From assembly GCA_964600575.1 (NCBI GenBank), contig CAZRJH010000001.1:223683-287682 (forward strand): a DNA stretch of 64,000 nucleotides, written 5' to 3'. Shown piece after piece: positions 47,202 through 55,787 of the stretch; within the stretch, counting starts at the first letter, position 1, and each line of letters begins with the position of its first letter. A model generated the notes under the pieces. The model saw only the letters and a list, made by a program, of their open reading frames with translations, was not told the origin of the DNA and did not search any database. This DNA comes from an uncultured Gammaproteobacteria bacterium (GTDB taxonomy: Bacteria > Patescibacteriota > Microgenomatia > UBA8517). A program made the translations under genes and the position numbers.

Positions 47202-48982
47202 TTAAAATTTTACTAACAGTATTTGGTCTTTTTGTATTCTTCGGTATCTCGGCTAAATTAAATCCCGTAAACGCGCAATGTGTATGCGCCAACTGGGAAT
47301 ATCATCCGTACACATGCACAGTAGACGAAAAAGATGCTTCGGGTAATGTAATAGGTTCCACAACGGGTTGGTGCTCATATGCAATTTGTACGGACAACAA
47401 TTCTTACAACGGCTGTACATCTCCTCAATGTGATCCTGGCACGTACCCTTGTAACCGTGCTAGTGATGGGTATTGCTGCCCTCAAAACGAACCACAACCA
47501 ACAACAAACCCGGGATGTACTTCCAACTGCTGTAGCGGCTGTAGTTGTACCAATAGTTGCACAGGAAACCCAGCAACATGTGACCAAACAGCACCCACCA
47601 ATTTAAGTACAACAAGACTGTCATCTACCAGTGTTCTATTGCAGTGGACGCCTGGAAACCCAGGAGGCTCAAATCCATATCAAGCCCTTTATGTAAGCAC
47701 CAACCCAGACCCGCAAACGGGTTGCGCAGGAACTTCGGGAGGTACAAGTGTCTGTCCTGTAAAACAGGATAGCAGTACTACTGCAATGGCATCTACTCAG
47801 TCGTCATATACAGTTAACAATCTTTCCGCAAATACTGTCTATTACTGGACTGTCATGAACATCCAAGATGCAAACTGTGCGTCTTACTCCACCTCCTCTT
47901 CACCATACGTATCTTCTTGTAGTGTTACGCCTTCAAGTGTAACCATTAACCACGGTTCTACTCAGCTAATTACATCAAGTCTTACATCCGGAACCGGAAT
48001 CACACAGGTTACATTTACAAGCAACGATACTTCTAAAGTTACGGTTAGCCCTGGTAGCGACGCAAGTTACTCCTATCAAACAACTGCTACGGGTGTTGCA
48101 CCCACCTCCTCAGCAGTAACGATTACCGAGAATGTTTATGTAACAGGTGGCACGATAGGGTGTACAAATAACATAACAGTAAATGTTTTGGCCGCTTCTC
48201 CTTGGTGGCAGGTAAAAGACGCAGATGTTGCGAGTACCGGGACTTTAAACAGCGCAGTTCCAACCGGAGATTATTTTAGTCTAGCCGGTGCAGGAGGATA
48301 TCCAGGAATCCCTTCTTACATTGTATCTACAAGCCTGGATAATCTTAATGTTTCTCAGCTGGGGTGGCTTGTTCAATCAGATAACCCGACGGCAAGGCAA
48401 TACGATTACAGTTTCTTTAACAATCAGGTACCCGCCGATGCTGTAATAACAACCCTATCAAGTAATGTTTTAGACCAGGCTACCATTAATGCAAATGTAA
48501 CACCTTCTTACGGATATTATTGGTATAGATATGACGGATCAACAAGCGGTTTAGACTTAACAATCAACTCCGACTTAGTTTTGGGAACCAGAAAGGTAGT
48601 AGTATTAGCCGAATCATCCAGTGTGAATATTAGTGCTTTGGTAAACTTTACAAAAGGAAGCGGTTTTTTCCTTATTGTTGCAGGCAAGGACACCTCTGGA
48701 TCCAAAGGTGATATTGTCATAGACCCGGCCTTAGGCGGAAATGCTTTTGACTTAGAGGGAATTTATGTGGCTTCGGGGTCGTTTCAAACAGGCGCATCAA
48801 CGCTACCATTAAGAGTTCGCGGTTCTGTTGTGGGTTACGACTCAGTATTGTTACAACGAGACTTAAGCGGTTTAAATCTAGCCACGCCAGCAGAATATTT
48901 TGAATACGCTCCCGATTTATCTCTCTTGTTCCCCTCTGTTCTGGGTGCCCGAAAGATAACCTGGAAAGAAGTTGCTCCATAA
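47189..48982 (+). CDS. Secreted Cys-rich surface protein with fibronectin-III-like/Ig-like regions
   Basis: Signal peptide MSKLIKILLTVFGLFVFFGISA, then a block of more than 25 Cys (CVCANWEY...CCSGCSC), FN3-like LSTTRLSSTSVLLQWTPGNPGG...YYWTV, and Ser/Thr-rich Big-like segments. Confidence 0.5.
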   Translation: MSKLIKILLTVFGLFVFFGISAKLNPVNAQCVCANWEYHPYTCTVDEKDASGNVIGSTTGWCSYAICTDNNSYNGCTSPQCDPGTYPCNRASDGYCCPQNEPQPTTNPGCTSNCCSGCSCTNSCTGNPATCDQTAPTNLSTTRLSSTSVLLQWTPGNPGGSNPYQALYVSTNPDPQTGCAGTSGGTSVCPVKQDSSTTAMASTQSSYTVNNLSANTVYYWTVMNIQDANCASYSTSSSPYVSSCSVTPSSVTINHGSTQLITSSLTSGTGITQVTFTSNDTSKVTVSPGSDASYSYQTTATGVAPTSSAVTITENVYVTGGTIGCTNNITVNVLAASPWWQVKDADVASTGTLNSAVPTGDYFSLAGAGGYPGIPSYIVSTSLDNLNVSQLGWLVQSDNPTARQYDYSFFNNQVPADAVITTLSSNVLDQATINANVTPSYGYYWYRYDGSTSGLDLTINSDLVLGTRKVVVLAESSSVNISALVNFTKGSGFFLIVAGKDTSGSKGDIVIDPALGGNAFDLEGIYVASGSFQTGASTLPLRVRGSVVGYDSVLLQRDLSGLNLATPAEYFEYAPDLSLLFPSVLGARKITWKEVAP

Positions 48983-49066
48983 AACACTTCTATATATGAC
49001 ACCTCCTTACATCCATGTAACGGAGAGTGACATACCAGGCGTTCAATTCATCCGCCACATCAAGAC

Positions 49067-49094
49067 GTGACATGTTCTTGAATGCTGGTATAAT
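49067..49094 (+). promoter_or_regulatory. Candidate promoter with extended -10 (TGgTATAAT) upstream of relA/spoT
   Basis: GTGACA (49067-49072), a 16-nt spacer, TGGTATAAT (49086-49094). Confidence 0.35.
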
Positions 49095-49106
49095 CCTTTA
49101 ATCATT

Positions 49107-50969
49107 ATGAAATCGGAAATTTCTTCCGTTCACGAAAACCCTGATCAAAATTTGAATTTTGAGGACTATGTAAGAAAAACCCCCTTAGTACTAAAGGCGT
49201 TCCAGATTGGATCCCGTGCTCACGAAGGTCAGTTTAGAAAAGAAGGGGCTCCTTATTTTACTCACTGCATAGAGGTCGCAAAAATAATATATGAAGAGTG
49301 GGGGATCAAAAACTCGCCGGAAAAAGTTGCAGCCGCCCTGCTACACGACACTGTTGAAGACACAGAACTTACGATTGACCATATAGAAGCTGAGTTTGGC
49401 GCAGAAGTTGCATACCTCGTAGAAGGGGTCTCCAAATTCAGGTCCGACAAATCCCTTAACGGAAAATCCGCAGATAAAGAAACAGTTAGAAAAATTTTTG
49501 ACAAAACGCTTATTAATCCTTGGGTTGCAGTCTTAAAACTAGCCGACAGACTCCACAACATGAGAACACTTAACTTTATGCCTCCGGAAAAGCGTGTTGC
49601 CAAAGCGGCGGAAACATTGGGTTACGCAAAACTTGCAGAATCGCTTGGCATGTGGAAAGTTATGATCGAGCTCGAAGACCTCTCGCTAAAGTTTGCTAAT
49701 CCGCAAGAATACGAAAAGTTTTCCAAAATACTGTCATCCGATCCGCGTACTAACGAACTTTTTGTCGGCTATATGGTATCCAAACTTGACTCGATTGTAA
49801 GATCGTTGGGAATCGCAGCCGTAGTGGAAACCCAAGTAAACGGAGTTGCTAGGCTTAGACATAAAATGATCAGGGAGCATAGATTTTCCAAAATTAACGA
49901 TGCTATTAGTTTTAGAATAATAACAGACGACAGCCAATCTATACAAAACGCGGAAAATGAAAGCTTGGTAATACTTGGTGCTTTGTGGGCAAACTTTGGA
50001 GATATGGAAGATTCTTCCAGATTTGATAACTTTTTATATAAACCCAGGGATAACGGTTACAGCGCAATCCAACTCACACTCGACTATCCTTTTTCCTCTG
50101 GAAAGCGGTCTGTAGAAATTGCTGTTTCGACATCGAGTAGGGAAGAGCTGAATAACCATGGGGTATTAAGCTTAATCCGTAATTTTAATACCGATATTAG
50201 CGCCTACGCATTAAAACTTATATTTACTCCAACAGGAGAGGTAAAATTTCTAAGACCAGAGGCAACAGGATTGGATTTTGCCTACTCAATAGAAAAACAC
50301 ATGGGAGCCCAAGCTACTGGAATATTTATAGACGGCACCGAATTTCCAATATCCACGATAATCCCTAACGCATCGACTGTAGAAATAATTGTAGGGCCAC
50401 CAAGGGCGGTTCCAGACCCCGAAGCGGTTAATTATGTACTTCCGCCAGCCCGAAAAATAATAGAGGATCAAAAATCAGAGTTCGAGGATCAAAAAACAAT
50501 AGCAAAAGGAAAAGATATGATTAAGGAGGTTTTAGCAAAACGAGGCCTTTTTGACCTGTTCGACTTAATCAGGTTTCCAAAACACTCAGATAAAGTTACT
50601 AGGATGCTTAGATATTTGGGTGCCAAAAGATATGTCAGTAATCTTTATAGAATGATCGGGCTCGGGCAACTTGGAGTGGAAGATTTGGATAAAGCTATGG
50701 ATGAATTTCATCTAACAAAAGAGGAGTTAAAACTTAATTCTATACTTTTAGAAGGGGAGGATGTAAAAGATTTACTGGGTTTTATAGGAAAGGTGGTTGG
50801 TAGGTACGGCGGCAATATAAAACCAATGATAAATGAACCGTTCGAACAAAACGGAAGGGATTTGTTTAAAGCGACACTAATTGTAGAAGGCCTTCCTGGA
50901 ACAAAAACTAAAAATCTAAGGCAAGCTTTTCTAAAAAACAACGCAATTAAAAAAGTAACTATAGTCTAG
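49107..50969 (+). CDS. Bifunctional (p)ppGpp synthetase/hydrolase RelA/SpoT homolog
   Basis: HD domain (HCIEVA...AALLHDTVEDT), synthetase region (NGYSAIQLTL ~ GY.SLH), TGS/ACT-like C-terminus; 620 aa. Confidence 0.75.
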   Translation: MKSEISSVHENPDQNLNFEDYVRKTPLVLKAFQIGSRAHEGQFRKEGAPYFTHCIEVAKIIYEEWGIKNSPEKVAAALLHDTVEDTELTIDHIEAEFGAEVAYLVEGVSKFRSDKSLNGKSADKETVRKIFDKTLINPWVAVLKLADRLHNMRTLNFMPPEKRVAKAAETLGYAKLAESLGMWKVMIELEDLSLKFANPQEYEKFSKILSSDPRTNELFVGYMVSKLDSIVRSLGIAAVVETQVNGVARLRHKMIREHRFSKINDAISFRIITDDSQSIQNAENESLVILGALWANFGDMEDSSRFDNFLYKPRDNGYSAIQLTLDYPFSSGKRSVEIAVSTSSREELNNHGVLSLIRNFNTDISAYALKLIFTPTGEVKFLRPEATGLDFAYSIEKHMGAQATGIFIDGTEFPISTIIPNASTVEIIVGPPRAVPDPEAVNYVLPPARKIIEDQKSEFEDQKTIAKGKDMIKEVLAKRGLFDLFDLIRFPKHSDKVTRMLRYLGAKRYVSNLYRMIGLGQLGVEDLDKAMDEFHLTKEELKLNSILLEGEDVKDLLGFIGKVVGRYGGNIKPMINEPFEQNGRDLFKATLIVEGLPGTKTKNLRQAFLKNNAIKKVTIV

Positions 50970-51475
50970 TAATTGCGAAGGTAAATTGTATTTGTTGTCG
51001 AAAAAGAAGATGTAGCACCTGTTACAGTACTTTTATCCTCGGCGGTTACTATAACGCTCACAGACGAGGGATTATTGGAGGTCCCAGGGGTACAAGAAAA
51101 AGAACAGGCTGTTAGCTTAATTGTGTCATTGGTGAGCCTCCCGGAACCAGATGCGATATATCCGTCAGCACCGGCAATGTTCACACACGAAAATGTAGTT
51201 GTCTTCCCTGTAGAATCGCTATAGGAAAATATGTCAGGATCGCTAAGCGGGCATGCGGTAATAGAATCTGCATTTCTAATCTGACGTTCTATAACTGTCA
51301 TGGCAAAATCAACATTCTCCCTAACTTTCACCAAAGACTCAGTCTTTTTTGATCCTTGTATAGTCAAAAGTACGGACCTTGTTACAACAACTCCTAGTAT
51401 AGAAAAAATAGTAATAACGACCAGGATTTCCAAAAGCGACAAACCGGACTGTTTATTTTTCATCTTTGCCTCCAA
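50966..51475 (-). CDS. Prepilin-type N-terminal domain protein (minor pilin/pseudopilin)
   Basis: QSGLSLLEILVVITIFSILGVVV class III signal-like segment. Confidence 0.55.
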   Translation of the reverse strand: MEAKMKNKQSGLSLLEILVVITIFSILGVVVTRSVLLTIQGSKKTESLVKVRENVDFAMTVIERQIRNADSITACPLSDPDIFSYSDSTGKTTTFSCVNIAGADGYIASGSGRLTNDTIKLTACSFSCTPGTSNNPSSVSVIVTAEDKSTVTGATSSFSTTNTIYLRNY

Positions 51476-51900
51476 TCAGTATAATTCGTAGAGTTGACTA
51501 TTTCATGCCAACCTTGAGAGTCATTCCATTTTATAGTGACAGTTGCGGTTACAACAGTTTTTCCGGAAACCACTCCCAAAGAAAAGTCCAACTGTCGTAC
51601 AAACTGCGTGCCTACTACATAGTTAGTATCAGCACATGCACCGCTAATACTCCAAGAAAGAGACATCAAACAGTACGAAGGTGTTTGCGCATTTGATAAA
51701 AACAAAGATATATCTTTGTCTCTTTCAGATCTCAGCCATTCCATTGTTTGTTGCGACAACAACGATCCTTGCGTACCGTTTTTTGAAAAAACCGCGTTTC
51801 TAATGGAATTGGTAACCATAGAAACCAAAGCAATTACAATTAACGCACTAATTGCTAACGCTATAATCACTTCGAACAAAGACTGGCCTTTTTGCATCAT
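51460..51900 (-). CDS. Prepilin-type N-terminal domain protein (minor pilin)
   Basis: MMQKGQSLFEVIIALAISALIVIALV. Confidence 0.55.
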   Translation of the reverse strand: MMQKGQSLFEVIIALAISALIVIALVSMVTNSIRNAVFSKNGTQGSLLSQQTMEWLRSERDKDISLFLSNAQTPSYCLMSLSWSISGACADTNYVVGTQFVRQLDFSLGVVSGKTVVTATVTIKWNDSQGWHEIVNSTNYTDWRQR

Positions 51901-52442
51901 CTAACTTCTCCTCCAGAGGTTACATAAACAGAAAAAGTCGCATTTGTACCCGTTTGTGTTGCTCTAATTTCTACAGTCTGACCGGACTCTATATTATTTC
52001 CCTCTCCCAAAACTTTAAAAGTAATGGGGTTAACAGAAGGTATAGTCAAAGTTATACCTTCCGGCAAAGTAACGCTTTTAGTGACAACTTCTGTTTGTAC
52101 TCCGACTTTGCTACATTTTGCAAAAACATCGTACTGATCAGACGAAACCACTCTAAATCCGTAGTGATCTAGAACGTATGTATTGTCACAAGCACTTACT
52201 TGCGGTTTAATTCCGCTTAGTGCGTTGGTCTGTGTAAGTCTGACATCTCCCTGGACTTGTTTAGAAAAACTAGACAAAGCTTGTCTTCTTGTAAAATCAC
52301 GATAACTAACAAATCCGTAGCCAAATAGTGTACTAACAATGGTTATACCAACCAAAAGTTCAATGAGAGTGAACGCACGTTCACGAACAGAAGTAGGATT
52401 CATGAGTCTAAAGCCGATATTATTGCGTTGTTTGTTAATCAT
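51897..52442 (-). CDS. Type IV pilin-like protein
   Basis: ...NIGFRLMNPTSVRERAFTLIELLVGITIV: G/A-FTLIEL cleavage motif preceded by an extended leader. Confidence 0.6.
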   Translation of the reverse strand: MINKQRNNIGFRLMNPTSVRERAFTLIELLVGITIVSTLFGYGFVSYRDFTRRQALSSFSKQVQGDVRLTQTNALSGIKPQVSACDNTYVLDHYGFRVVSSDQYDVFAKCSKVGVQTEVVTKSVTLPEGITLTIPSVNPITFKVLGEGNNIESGQTVEIRATQTGTNATFSVYVTSGGEVR

Positions 52443-52945
52443 GGATTAACTACTTTGTAGTTGCAAGAAGCCCCCCCGCAAGAGGAAATTCCGCCGCAGC
52501 TTACAGTGGAACCGCTTGACTGCTCCAAAGCGGCACAAATTTCATAGGCGGCACCCGACGAATCATAAACATAGTAATTATTGGGGGATATGGGGTCTGA
52601 AGGAACTTGATTGATGTAAGTATTAGTAGAGGAACAAGAAGTAGTGCTATCGTCACCCGTTAGGGAACTTCCAAAAACCGAGGATGCGTTGCCCGAACCG
52701 GATGGATAAACATCACAATCTGCTCTGTATATTTCTATCCCGCTTCTAATCTGTTCTAAATCTGTTTTCCGTTTTGCGTCACGAGAAGATTCACGGGCAC
52801 CCTGTAAACCAAAAATCGAAAGACCAACTAAGATTCCGATTATAGAGATAACCACCAAAAGCTCAATGAGAGTAAAACCGGAGGTTTTGCTCACAGAAGT
52901 TTGATTCATGAGTTTAAGGCCATGCGATTCGCGATTATTTATCAT
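52439..52945 (-). CDS. Type IV pilin paralog (extended leader)
   Basis: MINNRESHGLKLMNQTSVSKTSGFTLIELLVVISIIGIL...RDAKRKTDLEQI. The ATG overlaps the upstream TAA (TAATG) when the start is placed at 52945; the longer ORF-track start (53017) overlaps the upstream gene. Confidence 0.65.
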   Translation of the reverse strand: MINNRESHGLKLMNQTSVSKTSGFTLIELLVVISIIGILVGLSIFGLQGARESSRDAKRKTDLEQIRSGIEIYRADCDVYPSGSGNASSVFGSSLTGDDSTTSCSSTNTYINQVPSDPISPNNYYVYDSSGAAYEICAALEQSSGSTVSCGGISSCGGASCNYKVVNP

Positions 52946-53460
52946 TATAGTGGGCAATTTCCGGCGGCAATTGTAAGACTTCCTTGCAACACAGTTCCCG
53001 ACTTGCCGTTTGAACACAAAAGGAAATATCCGGTAACATTTTCCAACTTAGCCCACAAAACATAACTTGTGGAGGTTGCGGCACCGGTAGAGGCAGCCCC
53101 ATCCGACTGATATTTATATACATAAGTATTGTCATTCACATTTTTTGCATCTTCGGGGCAGGTGGTCATACCAATATCTGCGCAAAGGGTTGTGGATGCG
53201 GTTGCACCGGACCCGTCTGGTCGAGAGGGGAAAAGACTCCCGTTTTGATTGGCAAACGATTCAACCGCAGTCTGATATTGTTTTAGGTCCGATTTTCTGG
53301 CTGTATCCCTTGCCTGCCTTTGTGAGGAAGTGAAAGAAACCATGGCCAATGCGGCCAAAATTCCAATAATTGAAATAACTACCAAAAGCTCGATGAGAGT
53401 AAAACCGAAGGTTTTGCTCACAGAAGTTTGATTCATTAATGTAAAACCTTTATTCTTCAT
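52945..53460 (-). CDS. Type IV pilin paralog (extended leader)
   Basis: MKNKGFTLMNQTSVSKTFGFTLIELLVVISIIGILAALA...RDTARKSDLKQY. Confidence 0.65.
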   Translation of the reverse strand: MKNKGFTLMNQTSVSKTFGFTLIELLVVISIIGILAALAMVSFTSSQRQARDTARKSDLKQYQTAVESFANQNGSLFPSRPDGSGATASTTLCADIGMTTCPEDAKNVNDNTYVYKYQSDGAASTGAATSTSYVLWAKLENVTGYFLLCSNGKSGTVLQGSLTIAAGNCPL

Positions 53461-53993
53461 ATTTGTATTTGGAATTGCCACTGCGTCGGGCACCAACTTG
53501 AGTCACTTGTGGTTACTCCGGTTGTATCACTTTCATTTTCCAAACAAGCCGAAAGCGTAAAAGTATCCTGACTGGCTCCTCGCTCATATTTATAAACCTG
53601 GGTATTTATTGGGTCTTCGGGAAGTTTCGGCATATAAGTGGTTGTGCCGACAGTCCAAGGATCACCCCAATTACAAAGAGTTGCACCCAAGCCTCCACAG
53701 CCCATTATTTCTCCCGCAGCCGAATTTGCGGGATATATGCTTAGATCGTTGAAGTACAAGCGCAAAGCGGTTGATAAGTTCTTTAAGTCGGATTTTCTTG
53801 CGGCGTCTCTAGCCCTACCTCTGGCTGTGTTCATATTGGCAACAACAAGCGTTGCTAAAACACCTATTATGGAAACAACTACCAAAAGTTCAATGAGGGT
53901 AAAACCGAAGGTCTTGCTCTCAGAAGTTCGATTCATGAGTGTAAAGCCAAAGGATTTGCGTTTTAAAGTTTTATTCATGGCAGATTTATTCAT
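53457..53993 (-). CDS. Type IV pilin paralog (extended leader)
   Basis: ...KRKSFGFTLMNRTSESKTFGFTLIELLVVVSIIGVLATL...RDAARKSDLKNL. Confidence 0.65.
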   Translation of the reverse strand: MNKSAMNKTLKRKSFGFTLMNRTSESKTFGFTLIELLVVVSIIGVLATLVVANMNTARGRARDAARKSDLKNLSTALRLYFNDLSIYPANSAAGEIMGCGGLGATLCNWGDPWTVGTTTYMPKLPEDPINTQVYKYERGASQDTFTLSACLENESDTTGVTTSDSSWCPTQWQFQIQI

Positions 53994-54004
53994 TGTAAAT
54001 GTTT

Positions 54005-54595
54005 TTATTCTGTTGGTGTAGTGTTTGGACTATATATTGAGAAATTACAGGTTTTTCCGCCGCCACAACTTATCGAAAGTGGGGAATTCTCACAATCCCC
54101 GCCGACACATCCAGGGTCCTCTGTGTTTTCTATAAATGCAAACAACTGATACTTTTGATTTAATGGCGGATCAACGACTCTATAGTAGTAATCAAAGCCT
54201 TCCGTCGGGTCTTTAGGAACTACTTTAAAGTAAACTGTCTTGCCGTCTGTAAAACTGCCCGCTCCCCAGGAACAGGGTGATCCGCTATTCGTACCCGGGT
54301 CGTAAGGACATGCGTCTAATATTCCAGCTGCACTGTCCGGATATTTTTGGAAGTCCGAGTAAAAAAGCTCAAGCGAGTTTGATATTTGTTTGAGGTCGGA
54401 TTTTCTTTGAGCATCCCGACCTCTTGCTTGTGAACTTCTAAAAGAAACAAGTCCGACGGTAACAAGAACCGAAAGAATCGCCATAACCACCATAAGTTCG
54501 ATGAGAGTAAAACCGAAGGTTTTGCTCACAGAAGTTGGATTCATGAGAGTGAAGCCTTTTTTAAATATCGAGTTCGGTTTAACTACTTGTTTCAT
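54005..54595 (-). CDS. Type IV pilin paralog (extended leader)
   Basis: ...FKKGFTLMNPTSVSKTFGFTLIELMVVMAILSVL...RDAQRKSDLKQI. Confidence 0.65.
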   Translation of the reverse strand: MKQVVKPNSIFKKGFTLMNPTSVSKTFGFTLIELMVVMAILSVLVTVGLVSFRSSQARGRDAQRKSDLKQISNSLELFYSDFQKYPDSAAGILDACPYDPGTNSGSPCSWGAGSFTDGKTVYFKVVPKDPTEGFDYYYRVVDPPLNQKYQLFAFIENTEDPGCVGGDCENSPLSISCGGGKTCNFSIYSPNTTPTE

Positions 54596-55173
54596 TTGGC
54601 AGATTGTTTAGACTCCTCATCACATTGTTGCAGGGTTTTGGTTAATACGCAAGCATAATGACGCCCCAAGTTGCAAACTTTAGAACCGCAATTTAAATTT
54701 TTAGATAATATTTTTTTATCGTATTCAACATCATCTTTGGACTCAAGCGAAGAAAAAAGTTGATAACGAGATCCGTCGGAAGAATAAAAATAAGTAACAC
54801 CATCTTTTGCGTGTGGGTCATTTGGTAAGATTTGGGCGTAAACCTTAGTGCTACCGGGAGTTAAATCATAGAACTTATCTTTACCCCATTCGCAGGGAAT
54901 CAAATCAACCACCAATCTTCCGTTTTTGTCTAGCGTTACTTTGTCATCGGGTCTTTTGCAAGCCAATATTTTTCCGTCTGCGGTAGATTTTGGAAACTCT
55001 CCAAAGTCTCCCACATATGTAGAAAGCGCTGTTTGAACAATGGCCATATCATCCTTACGGTTTTGGTCCCGTCCCCGCATCAAACTTTTTATAAAATTAG
55101 GAGCCGAAATACCCACGAGCACAGCAAATATAATTATTAAAGCAGTCGTTTCTTCTTTGGAAAACTTCTTCAT
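54592..55173 (-). CDS. Pilin-like protein with degenerate N-terminus (no G/FTLIE)
   Basis: TM then RGRDQNRKDDMAIVQTAL...FGEFP matches the post-helix region of neighbouring pilins, but the leader/cleavage motif (EETTALIIIFAVLV) lacks Gly-1/Glu5. Confidence 0.45.
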   Translation of the reverse strand: MKKFSKEETTALIIIFAVLVGISAPNFIKSLMRGRDQNRKDDMAIVQTALSTYVGDFGEFPKSTADGKILACKRPDDKVTLDKNGRLVVDLIPCEWGKDKFYDLTPGSTKVYAQILPNDPHAKDGVTYFYSSDGSRYQLFSSLESKDDVEYDKKILSKNLNCGSKVCNLGRHYACVLTKTLQQCDEESKQSAK

Positions 55174-55782
55174 TTATTGCCAGGGTTTACATTCCGTTTG
55201 AATACTACACTGGCCAAAACATGTTGAACTTTGGAAGTTGGGATCACACTCGGGACCAGGACGAGTTTCGTCCCAGAGAATGGGAACACAAACTCCGCTT
55301 CTACAGCCATAGAAACCGCCAGTCTGCTGAAGCTGACAGTTGGGGGCATTAGGGGATGATGTGTAATAATTAAAAGCGCTATCGGGTCCGCAATTAGCCA
55401 TAACAGCTGAGTCTGATGTCGAAACATTTGTAAAAATTCTATACCACCTGGCACAGGAACTTGAAACATCGTAGTCGTAATAATACGAAGCTTTAGTTAC
55501 AGGATCACATGGAAGTTTTTCTATGTAAGGAGAGAGTCCGTTTCCGGGGTCGCAAGCCATAAGACTGGGCGGGGGATAACAGTTGTGATCTTTTTCGTAC
55601 TCTTCTATGGATATTTTTATCCGCTCCAAATCTCCTTTGCGTTTTGCGTCGTTGGCTCTAAATATCTGAGATCTAAAGTATGTCAAAAATATAACAATCA
55701 AGACGGCAACAAGAAGTATAACCAGTATAACTTCAACCAAAGTTAAACCTTTATTTTTGCGACTTTTCGTAAGTTTACGCAT
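55174..55782 (-). CDS. Type IV pilin-like protein, Cys-rich C-terminal domain
   Basis: KNKGLTLVEVILVILLVAVLIV...RANDAKRKGDLERI; about 9 Cys in the C-terminal half. Confidence 0.6.
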   Translation of the reverse strand: MRKLTKSRKNKGLTLVEVILVILLVAVLIVIFLTYFRSQIFRANDAKRKGDLERIKISIEEYEKDHNCYPPPSLMACDPGNGLSPYIEKLPCDPVTKASYYYDYDVSSSCARWYRIFTNVSTSDSAVMANCGPDSAFNYYTSSPNAPNCQLQQTGGFYGCRSGVCVPILWDETRPGPECDPNFQSSTCFGQCSIQTECKPWQ

Positions 55783-55787
55783 ATTCG

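Noticed and set aside
47375-47606. ORFs 47375..47587 (-) and 47379..47606 (+) inside the Cys-rich protein gene
   Set aside because: Alternative frames of the Cys/Thr-rich region; no motifs; overlapped by a longer coherent CDS with a signal peptide.
53145-54021. Plus-strand ORFs (62 aa, 127 aa) opposite the pilin array
   Set aside because: Antisense to strongly supported pilin genes.
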